Source of the DNA: Patescibacteria group bacterium
GTDB taxonomy: Bacteria; Patescibacteriota; Patescibacteriia; Patescibacteriales; UBA12075
NCBI GenBank assembly: GCA_022705905.1
Contig: JAKJDO010000001.1
Location: 28,692-92,691, forward strand
DNA: 64,000 nt
Direction of reading: 5' to 3'
Numbering within the stretch: position 1 is the first letter of the stretch; every line of letters begins with the position of its first letter. This document shows, piece by piece, positions 19,953-29,560 of this stretch. A model generated the notes under the pieces. It saw only the letters and a program-made list of their open reading frames with translations, was not told the origin of the DNA and made no database searches. Made by a program: the position numbers and the translations under genes.

Positions 19953-21947
19953 CTAGCGCTGCTTTTTTATCTTTTCGATATTATCCTTAATCAATTTTGT
20001 TTTTATTAAAAATTGTAGATGCTCAATAATCGTTTCTTCGTCTAGCTTCCGTTCTTTAGCAATTTTATTTATAGACAGTCCCCTGCTATACAATTCAAAG
20101 GTTTCCAATTGCGTTAACTTTGTATTAAGCCCAGATTTTTTATCTGACTCTTTTACGACAAATTCCTTTTCTTCTTTGCGTCTATAATAACGTCGATCGT
20201 CTCGATAAAAATCTTTTTTACTCTCTTCTTTGGCGCGGATAGCGTCGCCAGTTAAACAAACATCGCACTTACCGCAATTTTTAGTTTCACGATCGCCAAA
20301 ATATTCTAAAATATATTGCTGGCGACAACCGGTGTGATAAACATAATTTTCCATTTTATCAAGTTTGTGATAGGCGTGCGCCAATTTTTCCTTCAAAGCC
20401 CTAAAATCTATATCCACTTCGCTTAAATCCAATCTTTTTAAAATTCTGATTTCCGTTCCTTTAAAGGGCGGTTTATATTCCATTAAGCCTTTTTCAGCCA
20501 TTGATCTAATTAAACGCATCAACGATTCTTTTTTTATTTCTAAAATTTCGGCCACCTCTTCTAAATTAGCTTGCCAACCATTTTCTAGCTCAGAACTAAA
20601 CCGAGAGTAGAGTTTATGTAACAGGTCTAAACTTTTTTTAGAACGTTTCTGCAATTCTGTTATTACATCAGCAAAATCTTTTTGCAATTTTAGATAGGCG
20701 CTACCTTTTTTTTCATGAGAACGAGCGATCAGACCTTCTTTTTCCAACATCTTTAAGCTAGTACCGACAGCCATCTCCGGCAAGTTGTCGGATAAAATGG
20801 CGGCCAGTTCGGCATAAGTAATTTGTACAATATCCGACTCATAATTTAACAAAGTATTATAAATTTCTAAAATAATTTCCGGGGGCGGATTGTCGCCTTT
20901 AATAAAAAACTCTTGTAAATGCCGGTCGCGCGAATTGTAGAGCAATAAACAAAAACTTGGTTTGCCATCACGTCCTGCCCGACCCGCCTCTTGATAATAA
21001 GCCTCGATTGTACCCGGCATATCATAATGAATGACATAACGGACGTTGGCTTTATCTATGCCTAAGCCAAATGCATTGGTGGCTACAATAACTTTAACTT
21101 TGCCGTGTATAAAATTATCTTGAATCCATTTTCTTTCTTCAGCTTCAATGCCAGCGTGATAGCTAACCGCTTCAATATCATTCTCTAAAAGTACCTGTAA
21201 TAAATTATCAGCTCGAGCTCGAGTGCCAACGTAAATAATACCATGATCATCTGGTGCGCTGGAAATTGCATCAAGTACAAATTGCGGTTTTTTGGTCTCA
21301 TTGGCGTGAATGACACCAAATTGTAAATTATTCCTGGCAAAACCGGTAATTACTAGCTCCGGATTATTTAGGTCTAATTGTTTAATTATATCTTCACGCA
21401 CCTCTGGTGTGGCCGTAGCTGTTAAAGCGATAACTGGTGGATTGCCAACTTGAGCAATAGCTGAACGTAATTTTAAATAGCTAGGACGGAAGTCATGTCC
21501 CCATTGACTAATACAGTGAGCCTCGTCAATCGCAAACAAACTAACCTTAATATCATTAAGCGCGTTTAAAAAATCTAAACTATAAAATCTCTCTGGCGCT
21601 ATATACAATAATTTGTATTTGCCAGCTTTAACACCGTCTAAACGATTAGCAGTTTCGGCTGCGGAGATGGAAGAATTAATAAAAATTGCTGGTATGCCGA
21701 CACGAGATAAACTATCAACTTGATCTTTCATTAAAGATATTAATGGCGACACTACAATAGTCACGCCATCTAAAATTAAAGCCGGCAATTGATAGCAAAG
21801 CGATTTTCCGCCGCCAGTTGGCATAATGACTACTGTTGACTTACCGACTAAAACATTATCGATCGCCTGATCTTGACCTAGGCGAAAACTTTCATAACCG
21901 TAATGCTTTTTTAATATTGTTTTTAATTGTTGCTTTTTACTTTCCAT
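19953..21947 (-). CDS. recQ: ATP-dependent DNA helicase RecQ with a C-terminal Zn-binding, winged-helix and HTH extension.
   Basis: Motif [24 protein letters not shown] box [15 protein letters not shown], and a Cys cluster CGKCDVC. Confidence 0.85.
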   Translation of the reverse strand: MESKKQQLKTILKKHYGYESFRLGQDQAIDNVLVGKSTVVIMPTGGGKSLCYQLPALILDGVTIVVSPLISLMKDQVDSLSRVGIPAIFINSSISAAETANRLDGVKAGKYKLLYIAPERFYSLDFLNALNDIKVSLFAIDEAHCISQWGHDFRPSYLKLRSAIAQVGNPPVIALTATATPEVREDIIKQLDLNNPELVITGFARNNLQFGVIHANETKKPQFVLDAISSAPDDHGIIYVGTRARADNLLQVLLENDIEAVSYHAGIEAEERKWIQDNFIHGKVKVIVATNAFGLGIDKANVRYVIHYDMPGTIEAYYQEAGRAGRDGKPSFCLLLYNSRDRHLQEFFIKGDNPPPEIILEIYNTLLNYESDIVQITYAELAAILSDNLPEMAVGTSLKMLEKEGLIARSHEKKGSAYLKLQKDFADVITELQKRSKKSLDLLHKLYSRFSSELENGWQANLEEVAEILEIKKESLMRLIRSMAEKGLMEYKPPFKGTEIRILKRLDLSEVDIDFRALKEKLAHAYHKLDKMENYVYHTGCRQQYILEYFGDRETKNCGKCDVCLTGDAIRAKEESKKDFYRDDRRYYRRKEEKEFVVKESDKKSGLNTKLTQLETFELYSRGLSINKIAKERKLDEETIIEHLQFLIKTKLIKDNIEKIKKQR

Positions 21948-22035
21948 AAAACTATTTTCAGCTTAACAAACCTGCCCGCTCCAGTCAAAAACCCTGCTAA
22001 CCGCAGGGCTTCTGTTCGTTTTTTCTAACAACAAA

Positions 22036-22371
22036 CTATTTTTTAATAGACATCACGTTTTTCTTTGCCATTTCAATTGCGTACTGCTCGGTTCCAGTTT
22101 CTTTTATCCTGGCAATAGAAGCATTTCTGTCTGATTTAAAAATTAGAGAAAATAATTTACTGATTGGATTGTTAAATTTTTTACAATCATTAGCGACTTT
22201 ATAAGTAGCGCAATCAGCACAGCTACTATATTTATTTTCGATACAGCAAGTTCTGATCTTGCACCAAGTTGCTTTTACATTTTCTTTGCAACCAGCGCAT
22301 TTTTTGTTTATAAATTTTTTACAAGCTCCGCAATAAAGCCCGCAATAAGCTACTAAGTTTTTGTCTGCCAT
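22036..22371 (-). CDS. Cysteine-rich DUF3795-like protein.
   Basis: CGLYCGACKKF...CAGC...C motif pattern. Confidence 0.5.
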   Translation of the reverse strand: MADKNLVAYCGLYCGACKKFINKKCAGCKENVKATWCKIRTCCIENKYSSCADCATYKVANDCKKFNNPISKLFSLIFKSDRNASIARIKETGTEQYAIEMAKKNVMSIKK

Positions 22372-22376
22372 ATTCT

Positions 22377-23222
22377 TTATTTATGCTTTTTTTTATATAA
22401 ATCTAAGGTATTTTTAAACAACATAGCAATCGTCATTGGACCCACTCCACCAGGCACGGGGGTAATGAAGCTAGCCTTGTTTTTAACGTCTTCAAAATCA
22501 ACATCGCCGCAGACCTTATCACCGTCCCTAGTTATGCCAATATCAATTATGACAGCGTCTTTCTTAATAATGTCGGAACTTACAAGCTTTGCTTTGCCAA
22601 CGGCTGAAATTAGAAGGTCGGCCTTAGCAGTTTTCTCCACTAAATTGATATCGCTGGACTTGGCTATTTGGACTCTACCACCCATGCACTCCAAGACTTT
22701 TTTAACACTGCGCCCAAAAATTTCTGAATTAATAATTGCGCAAATATTTTTACCTCGCATATCATAATCAATGCTTTGTAAAATTTCTAAAATCACGGCA
22801 ATCAGCGGCGGAACTACCTCTTTGTTGTTGCAACTGGCAAATAATTTTTTAACATTTTCCGGATGAAAACGATCAACGTCTTTAACAGGGTCAATGGCTC
22901 TAATTATACCGTCTGTATCAAATCCTTCTGGTAGGGGCAGCTGAATCAAAACAGCATCAACACTATCGTCTTTATTAAGAAATTCTATGGTGTCGTAAAT
23001 TTCTCGTTCAGAAATATTTTCTGGACATTTATAAATATGGGTATCTATGCCTACCTTTTTTGCCTCCTTTTCTTTCAAATTAACATACAAAACAGAGTCT
23101 TCTCTGTCGCCAATCAAAATAATAGCCAAACTGGGTCGTTCGCCCTTCAAATCATAAATTTCTTTCGCTACCTCGTCTTTTATTTTTTCGGCTAAAACCT
23201 GACCATTTATTATTTGGGCCAT
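22377..23222 (-). CDS. folD: Bifunctional methylene-THF dehydrogenase/cyclohydrolase.
   Basis: Rossmann motif PGGVGPMT and the expected N-terminal substrate domain. Confidence 0.85.
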   Translation of the reverse strand: MAQIINGQVLAEKIKDEVAKEIYDLKGERPSLAIILIGDREDSVLYVNLKEKEAKKVGIDTHIYKCPENISEREIYDTIEFLNKDDSVDAVLIQLPLPEGFDTDGIIRAIDPVKDVDRFHPENVKKLFASCNNKEVVPPLIAVILEILQSIDYDMRGKNICAIINSEIFGRSVKKVLECMGGRVQIAKSSDINLVEKTAKADLLISAVGKAKLVSSDIIKKDAVIIDIGITRDGDKVCGDVDFEDVKNKASFITPVPGGVGPMTIAMLFKNTLDLYKKKHK

Positions 23223-23881
23223 AAAGCAATAAAATACTTAATAAAAATTAGGGCAATCAAATGCAAAGGATAAAACCAATAAAAAAAATGTTTTGGCAAT
23301 TTAATTTTAATCAGCTGTTGCTGAAAATATATTGCTGGTATAAATCCTAAAAATGAAAAAAGTAATAAAATTTGATCACTAACTTTATACGCCAATAAAG
23401 AAAGCGCTGCTAGACAAACTACCAAAAGTAATTTTTGCGATCTAAAAAAATAAAAAAGACTTGTCATTATAATCCCATAAAGTCCGTAATCGCATTTTAT
23501 AAAATAAGCAAAAATAATAATTAGCAAAGCCAGCCAATACTTCCTTTTATCACAAGCGAAGATGAACAAGAGAGATAGCAAAAGAGAAAATATAATATTT
23601 AATTCATTCTTGCCAAAAAGTATCATAAAAGGAATTTGTGATATAGCACCAAAAAATAATAATCGATAAAAGTACATCTTTAGATTGGAAGTGTGTCGAT
23701 AGCCGTCGGCTATACCAGCCGCAAAAATAGGAAAAGCGATCCTTCCAATAATACGTAAGGGCATTATTTGCGGAAAAAAAACCAAGCCAACGTGGTCAAC
23801 AATCATTGACAACGCTGCCGCCAATTTCAAAAAATCATTTTTATCATTAATCAAGGATAATCCACTGCTATTTATCACCAT
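23210..23881 (-). CDS. TraX-family polytopic membrane protein. F-pilin acetylase TraX belongs to this family.
   Basis: N-terminal LKLAAALSMIVDHVG matches the TraX signature (K-I-A-x-x-x-M-x-x-DH-x-G). There are 6-7 TM helices. Confidence 0.5.
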   Translation of the reverse strand: MVINSSGLSLINDKNDFLKLAAALSMIVDHVGLVFFPQIMPLRIIGRIAFPIFAAGIADGYRHTSNLKMYFYRLLFFGAISQIPFMILFGKNELNIIFSLLLSLLFIFACDKRKYWLALLIIIFAYFIKCDYGLYGIIMTSLFYFFRSQKLLLVVCLAALSLLAYKVSDQILLLFSFLGFIPAIYFQQQLIKIKLPKHFFYWFYPLHLIALIFIKYFIALWPK

Positions 23882-23901
23882 TTAATATAGTTGAGATTGA
23901 A

Positions 23902-25149
23902 TTAAATACTAGGAATTGGGAATGCCAAGCACATTAACTTTACATCTTCTTTTATTTTTTCCAGCAGCTCAATTTCTTCTCTATGATCAATTGCACTATT
24001 AATCCAAGTAGCAATCTTTTTAATTTCATCCTCTTTCATACCGCGCGTGGTTATGGCTGGTGTTCCGAAACGAACGCCAGATGGATTAAGCGGCGGATTC
24101 GGATCGTTCGGTACAGTAGAGCGACTGACTGAAATACCAACTCGATCCAAAACCGCCTCCGCCTCTTTACCTGACAATCCTTTGCTCGTCATATCAACTA
24201 CTATCAAGTGGTTGTCAGTACCGCCAGATATAACTCTATATCCCATTTTTACCATTTCGTCTGACAAAGTGGCTGCGTTCTTTTTTACCTGTTTAATATA
24301 CTCTTTAAACTCAGGTTGCAACGCTTCGCCAAAAGCTACGGCTTTAGCAGCATTAATATGGTCATGCGGTCCGCCCTGCATGCCCGGAAAAACCGCTTTA
24401 TCGATCAATTTGGCGTATTGTTCTTTGCACATTATCATTGCTCCTCTCGGTCCGCGCAGTGTTTTATGAGTGGTGGTAGAAACTACGTCAAAAATTGGCA
24501 CAGGATTATCCATCTCACCAGCAGCAATTAACCCGGCTGTATGAGCAATATCGGCAAAAGTATAAGCGCCCACTTCATCAGCGATTTCTTTAAATTTCAT
24601 CCATTCAATTTCCCGCGAATAAGCGCTATATCCCGCTACAATCATCTTCGGTTTCTCGCGCAAGGCTACTTCTCTGACTTTTTTCATATCTATTTTACCG
24701 GTAGTTTCATCAACTTCATATTGAACAAAGTTATAAAGAATGCCGGAAAAATTTACCGGATGACCATGCGACAAATGACCGCCATGATCCAGCTTTAGAC
24801 CTAAAACTTTATCGCCTGGTTTTAAAAAAGCAAAATAAACAGCCGCATTAGCTGGCGAACCGGAAAGCGGCTGAACATTAACGTGATCAGCGGAAAATAG
24901 TTTTTTAGCGCGTTCAATAGCAATGTTTTCGACTTCATCAATACAAGTGTTGCCCCCGTAATATCTATGTCCCGGATAGCCTTCACTATATTTATTAGTT
25001 AGCACCGTTCCCATGGCTTCCAGCACTGCTTTAGAAACATAATTTTCCGAGGCGATCATTTCCATTTCTTCCGTTTGCCTGGTCATTTCCCTCTTTATCG
25101 CCACCATGACCTCTTCATCCTGATCCGCTAAATTTTTATAGTTTAACAT
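23902..25149 (-). CDS. glyA: Serine hydroxymethyltransferase.
   Basis: SENYVSKAVLEAMGTVLTNKYSEGYPGHRYYGG and a PLP-Lys region (TTTHKTLRGPRG). Confidence 0.9.
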   Translation of the reverse strand: MLNYKNLADQDEEVMVAIKREMTRQTEEMEMIASENYVSKAVLEAMGTVLTNKYSEGYPGHRYYGGNTCIDEVENIAIERAKKLFSADHVNVQPLSGSPANAAVYFAFLKPGDKVLGLKLDHGGHLSHGHPVNFSGILYNFVQYEVDETTGKIDMKKVREVALREKPKMIVAGYSAYSREIEWMKFKEIADEVGAYTFADIAHTAGLIAAGEMDNPVPIFDVVSTTTHKTLRGPRGAMIMCKEQYAKLIDKAVFPGMQGGPHDHINAAKAVAFGEALQPEFKEYIKQVKKNAATLSDEMVKMGYRVISGGTDNHLIVVDMTSKGLSGKEAEAVLDRVGISVSRSTVPNDPNPPLNPSGVRFGTPAITTRGMKEDEIKKIATWINSAIDHREEIELLEKIKEDVKLMCLAFPIPSI

Positions 25150-25489
25150 ATGTTTAAAATTTAATTCAAAATGTGTCGCTTCGCGACAGATATTATAAAA
25201 TTTTGGTGCAACTAATAAGTCATAGGCGGATTTTAAAAGCGAGATTTATCATCTCGCTATACCTATATTTTATGCTCAAAAATACGTTTTGTCAAAAACA
25301 AAAGAAGAGACCAACTTGCTGTCTCCTCTCCTCTTACAATAAAAAATTGGGACGTGCTGTTCCCTCTCCTTTCATAAATACACGTCGTCTGTTTTTTCCC
25401 TCTTGCCAAATAGCAGCCAGAAGATCGCCAACACAACCAATGCTAAAAGCTTAAGGATCCTCTTTCTCAAGGTGGCACTCCCTTCCTCT

Positions 25490-26077
25490 TTATCCTAATT
25501 TTTTATACGTCATCTTTTTTAGATCTGCCCACCAATCAGTAAATTCTGTCTGCTTCATTTCCGCTAGAATGCTTTTAGCTGATTCTGTTTCTAAAGCTTC
25601 CTCTACATTATTAATCCAATTCTGCGCGGAGCGATAACCTTGATCGTAATATTCTTTAGCCTGAAAAGCAACTTCCAGCCAATCAGAATCTTTAGCAACA
25701 ACTCCTTCTTGAGTTTTTCTCTCTTCTATCTCGTCAAAATAACCTTGCCATTTGTTTTTTACCTCTTCCCCTAACAATTCCAGCTGATCATCGAGCACCT
25801 TTCTTTCACCCTCTACTTTATCATAATACCTGGAAACTACTTTGTTAAAATCACCAGTCCGCGTTTCCGGGTTATCGTGCATTACTAATATCGACGCCAC
25901 CCGTTCTGGATTAACGCCTTCCATTACCGCTAGAATATAACCAATCTGCGCCGCTCGATAAACATGTTCACCAACGGTTACTGGATTCTTAACACCGGCA
26001 TGCCACCAACCGGTATGTACTTGCCGCTTTAATTGACCTAATTCAAAAATAAAATTTACTATATTTTTTATATCCAT
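25490..26077 (-). CDS. HD-domain hydrolase (YfbR-like 5'-deoxynucleotidase family).
   Basis: H...HD metal-binding motifs (GEHVYR, VMHDNPE). Confidence 0.55.
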   Translation of the reverse strand: MDIKNIVNFIFELGQLKRQVHTGWWHAGVKNPVTVGEHVYRAAQIGYILAVMEGVNPERVASILVMHDNPETRTGDFNKVVSRYYDKVEGERKVLDDQLELLGEEVKNKWQGYFDEIEERKTQEGVVAKDSDWLEVAFQAKEYYDQGYRSAQNWINNVEEALETESAKSILAEMKQTEFTDWWADLKKMTYKKLG

Positions 26078-26090
26078 ATATTTAAATTAA

Positions 26091-27779
26091 TTATAACAAT
26101 TTTTTAACCATATAACTGTTCTCTAAATCATAACCAAATTTTCTATAATAGTCTCGTACCCCGACCCCGGAAATAACCACCATTTTTTTATAGCCGTTCT
26201 TCTTCGCGATTTTCTCTGCTTCAGACAATAGTTTCCTGCCAAGGCCAGAATGCTGCGTTTTCTTCTTGCTGCCCACAGGCATTAGCTCACCATAAACATG
26301 CAGTTCTCTAATCAGCGCTGTTTTTTTCATCTCGAGCAAAGCGAGAGATCTCTTAGATTCTGTCTCTGACTTTAAGGGATTTCTCTCGTCACTTTGTGAC
26401 GATCGAAATGACAAATTATTTTTTGGCAAACGTAATCGGCAAAAGCCATACAACGTTTTTCCGTCTTTACTATTATAGCTAATGAAATATTCTTCGCCGC
26501 CTGACGCCTTGTAACTTTCAACTTTCAACTTTGCAACTTTTAGCCTCTTCTCTCGCGCCTCTCGGCAGCGAATACATCTACACTCCACACCACGGTCTTT
26601 CATAACCTGGCGTAGATTCGTAATCATATTGCCAGCAATGATTGATTCTGACGGAATGTCGCGTATCAATCTAATTATTCTTACATATTCCGGCGTTACT
26701 TGTTTACATTTTATGATCAGCTCTTCCAGCCTCTTGTTCGCATACGGTTTGTATTCGCCTTGTTTCCACCATTTATATAGCTCACTGCCTTTGGTCACGA
26801 CTGTCGGATAAAATTTAATTTGATCTGGCTGAAACCGTTCATCAGCAAATAACTGCTGATACATTTTAAAGTCTTTAGCTGGCGTTGAACCAGGCAGTCC
26901 TGGCATGATGTGATATGTAACTTTAAAACCGAAATCTTTTAGCAATTTTGTCGCCCGCGTAATGTCGGTTACATTGCTGCCTCGTTTATTTAATTTTAAA
27001 ATTTTATCATCAATAGCTTGCACGCCAATTTCCAAACGCGTACATCCTAATTCCCGCATTTGCCACAATTCTTTCTCGTTTATATAATCCGGTCTAGTTT
27101 CAAGTGTAATCCCTATTATCTTATATTTAGCTTTTTCATTTTTTTTCTGTTCTTTTAACAACTCTCTCTTTAGTTTTTTAATTTTTAGTTTTGAGTTGTA
27201 ATTTTGACTTTTGAATTTTGACTTTTGAATTTTATTAAATTCATTTGCCGCTTCAAAGCATTGCCAAACATACCAATATTTATACTCTCTCGGCAGGTAG
27301 CTCCATGTTCCACCAATAACAATCAATTCAATTTTTGTTGGTTCGTGGCCATTATTAACTAGCGCACGCAAACGATCTTGTACTTGAACGTAAGGATTAA
27401 ACTCGCAACGAATCGCGCGCATAACCGCTGGTTCATTAGACAAATAACTTTGCGGTACATTTTTTTCCGTCGGACAATAAGTGCACTTTCCTGGACAAGG
27501 ATACGGCATAGTTAAAACCGCTACCGGTGCGATACCCGACAAAGTCCTAATACTACGTTTGCGTAAAATCCTCAGTAAATCATTATTAGGCTGCCTTAAT
27601 TGTTTTTTAACCTGATTTTGATAGTATGACAAAATTTCGGAATTAAGAAAAATTTTAATCCCGTACTTTTTAGCAATTTTACGCTTTACCAACATTAAGT
27701 CATTGCGCGTTTTTATCTTCGCTCTTAGCAGCTCTGCAATGGCCCGTTGCTTGTTTTTGGTGTTTTTTGATGATATCAT
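26091..27779 (-). CDS. Elp3-family tRNA uridine(34) acetyltransferase homolog (radical SAM plus C-terminal GNAT).
   Basis: Radical-SAM Cys cluster YPCPGKCTYCP, a C-terminal GNAT region (QHSGLGRKLL), and a length of 562 aa. Confidence 0.7.
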   Translation of the reverse strand: MISSKNTKNKQRAIAELLRAKIKTRNDLMLVKRKIAKKYGIKIFLNSEILSYYQNQVKKQLRQPNNDLLRILRKRSIRTLSGIAPVAVLTMPYPCPGKCTYCPTEKNVPQSYLSNEPAVMRAIRCEFNPYVQVQDRLRALVNNGHEPTKIELIVIGGTWSYLPREYKYWYVWQCFEAANEFNKIQKSKFKSQNYNSKLKIKKLKRELLKEQKKNEKAKYKIIGITLETRPDYINEKELWQMRELGCTRLEIGVQAIDDKILKLNKRGSNVTDITRATKLLKDFGFKVTYHIMPGLPGSTPAKDFKMYQQLFADERFQPDQIKFYPTVVTKGSELYKWWKQGEYKPYANKRLEELIIKCKQVTPEYVRIIRLIRDIPSESIIAGNMITNLRQVMKDRGVECRCIRCREAREKRLKVAKLKVESYKASGGEEYFISYNSKDGKTLYGFCRLRLPKNNLSFRSSQSDERNPLKSETESKRSLALLEMKKTALIRELHVYGELMPVGSKKKTQHSGLGRKLLSEAEKIAKKNGYKKMVVISGVGVRDYYRKFGYDLENSYMVKKLL

Positions 27780-27815
27780 AATATTAGAACAGTATAACTA
27801 ATTAACCATAAATTT

Positions 27816-28982
27816 ATGAAAAAAACAATAGTTATAAGCACCCTTCTATTGTCTTTGGCCATATTTGTTCCGTTCGGGGTTCATGCCGCTATAGTTAAAG
27901 GCAGTCCCTCTGTTTATGTCGGCAGAGACGAAGTTGTGCCCGACAATCTTTATGCCGCAGGCAATGTCATCACCATTGACGGTACAATCAAGGGCGACTT
28001 AATTTGTGCAGGTATGACTGTGAATATCAATGGCCAAGTGGAAGGCGACATTATCTGTGCAGGACAAAATATAAATATTAATGGTTCGGCGTCAGGCAGT
28101 GTCCGCGTGGCTGGCAGTATTATCAACCTTAATAACAAAGTCGGGAGGAATGTAAATGCGGCCGGTGGTTTCGTCAATTTCGGCAGTAACGCTGATGTAG
28201 CACGCGATGTAATAATGGGTGCTGGCAATAGCGAACTGCGCGGAAAAATAAATGGTGATTTAGTGGCTGGTGGCGGAAATATGATTCTTGACGATGAAAT
28301 TAAGGGCAGTGCCAGACTTTGGATAGATCGCAATGTTAAAGGCGAGCGCCAACCTTTTACTGCGCAAACCAGCCCGTTAACACTGACCGACAAGGCCAGA
28401 ATAAACGGTTTCTTAGAATACACGTCGTCTGACAATGCGGATATCGCCGCTGGAGCAATTATCAAGGGCGAAACTAAACATAATCTACCAGAAAAAAAAC
28501 CGGCAGACCAAAAGGCTTTAGCCGCTATCTACGGTTGGATAAAACTAGTCTCTTTATTTGCTTGTTTGGTAGTTGGCATGGTGATCGTTAGCGTCTGGCG
28601 AGAAGAAACTAAAAAGATTATCGACCAAATGTTTGACAAAGTCGGACCATCGCTGGGCTGGGGCGTAGCCGTACTATTTTTAACACCGATCTTAGTCATA
28701 GTTCTAATGATAACTATGATCGGCATTCCGCTCGGACTTATCCTGGGTGCTCTTTGGATGATTGCTATTTATGTCAGCAAAATCTTTGCCGCCATTTTGC
28801 TAGGTCGCGAGTTAGTAAAAAAATTCTGGGACAAGAAGAAAGACTCTTTAATTACCGCTATGATTCTAGGCGTCTTTGCCCTCTGGATTCTATGCCTTAT
28901 TCCGATTGTCGGTTTTGCCGTCTGCTTCGTCGCCACTCTTTGGGGACTTGGCGGCCTCTGGCTATTCTTCAAAAGGACTTAA
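27816..28982 (+). CDS. Bactofilin-like beta-helical repeat protein with an N-terminal signal peptide and a C-terminal 4-TM membrane domain.
   Basis: Tandem G-D/N-hydrophobic repeats (GDLICAGMTVNINGQVEGDIICAGQNININGSASG...). The C-terminus is hydrophobic. Confidence 0.45.
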   Translation: MKKTIVISTLLLSLAIFVPFGVHAAIVKGSPSVYVGRDEVVPDNLYAAGNVITIDGTIKGDLICAGMTVNINGQVEGDIICAGQNININGSASGSVRVAGSIINLNNKVGRNVNAAGGFVNFGSNADVARDVIMGAGNSELRGKINGDLVAGGGNMILDDEIKGSARLWIDRNVKGERQPFTAQTSPLTLTDKARINGFLEYTSSDNADIAAGAIIKGETKHNLPEKKPADQKALAAIYGWIKLVSLFACLVVGMVIVSVWREETKKIIDQMFDKVGPSLGWGVAVLFLTPILVIVLMITMIGIPLGLILGALWMIAIYVSKIFAAILLGRELVKKFWDKKKDSLITAMILGVFALWILCLIPIVGFAVCFVATLWGLGGLWLFFKRT

Positions 28983-29158
28983 CTTGAAATACAAGCGGTG
29001 GTGATAAACTGCCGCTTTTTTGTTTGCTAAAGTTGAAGAAAAAGAGATATAATAAAAGCAAAGTTCGCATATAACTAGTTATGATGCCATCGCTCGTTCC
29101 GTTCGCAACAGCGCATAACTTAAAAATATTTATATTATTTTCAAATTAAATTATTGGC

Positions 29159-29479
29159 ATGAACAAAAAAATAACACTTGGAATTATTATTTTTACCATA
29201 TTAGCAATTGCCGTAAGTATATTTTTAGCATTTCCTAAAATTAAAGAATTAAATATTAAATTCTCAATAGAAAAAGCAAACTATTGCGAAGTAGATTCGG
29301 ACTGTGTTGATGCGGGAGGAAAATGCCCTTTTGGCTGCTATGCATATGTTAACAAAAATGAAGCTGAAAAAATCTCGCAATTAATCCAATCGTATGATTC
29401 CAAGTGTGTATACGGTTGCGTCTCGTGTCTAACTGCAACTTGTAAAAATAAAAAATGTGAAGAAGTGTGCGAACGATAA
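29159..29479 (+). CDS. Small secreted or membrane Cys-rich protein with 12 Cys residues.
   Basis: N-terminal TM helix and CxxDxDC.../CxxxC patterns. No recognisable family. Confidence 0.35.
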   Translation: MNKKITLGIIIFTILAIAVSIFLAFPKIKELNIKFSIEKANYCEVDSDCVDAGGKCPFGCYAYVNKNEAEKISQLIQSYDSKCVYGCVSCLTATCKNKKCEEVCER

Positions 29480-29560
29480 AATTCTTTTCCGCCATACTGT
29501 CAATCGGTTTCACTATTTGATTTTCTCTTGTAAAAAATAAGTTAAAAATAATTAATCTAT

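Noticed and set aside
25173-25454. 93-aa plus-strand ORF in the glyA leader.
   Set aside because: It is antisense to the glyA 5' UTR. Its translation is low-complexity and it has no RBS. The region is better explained as a leader.
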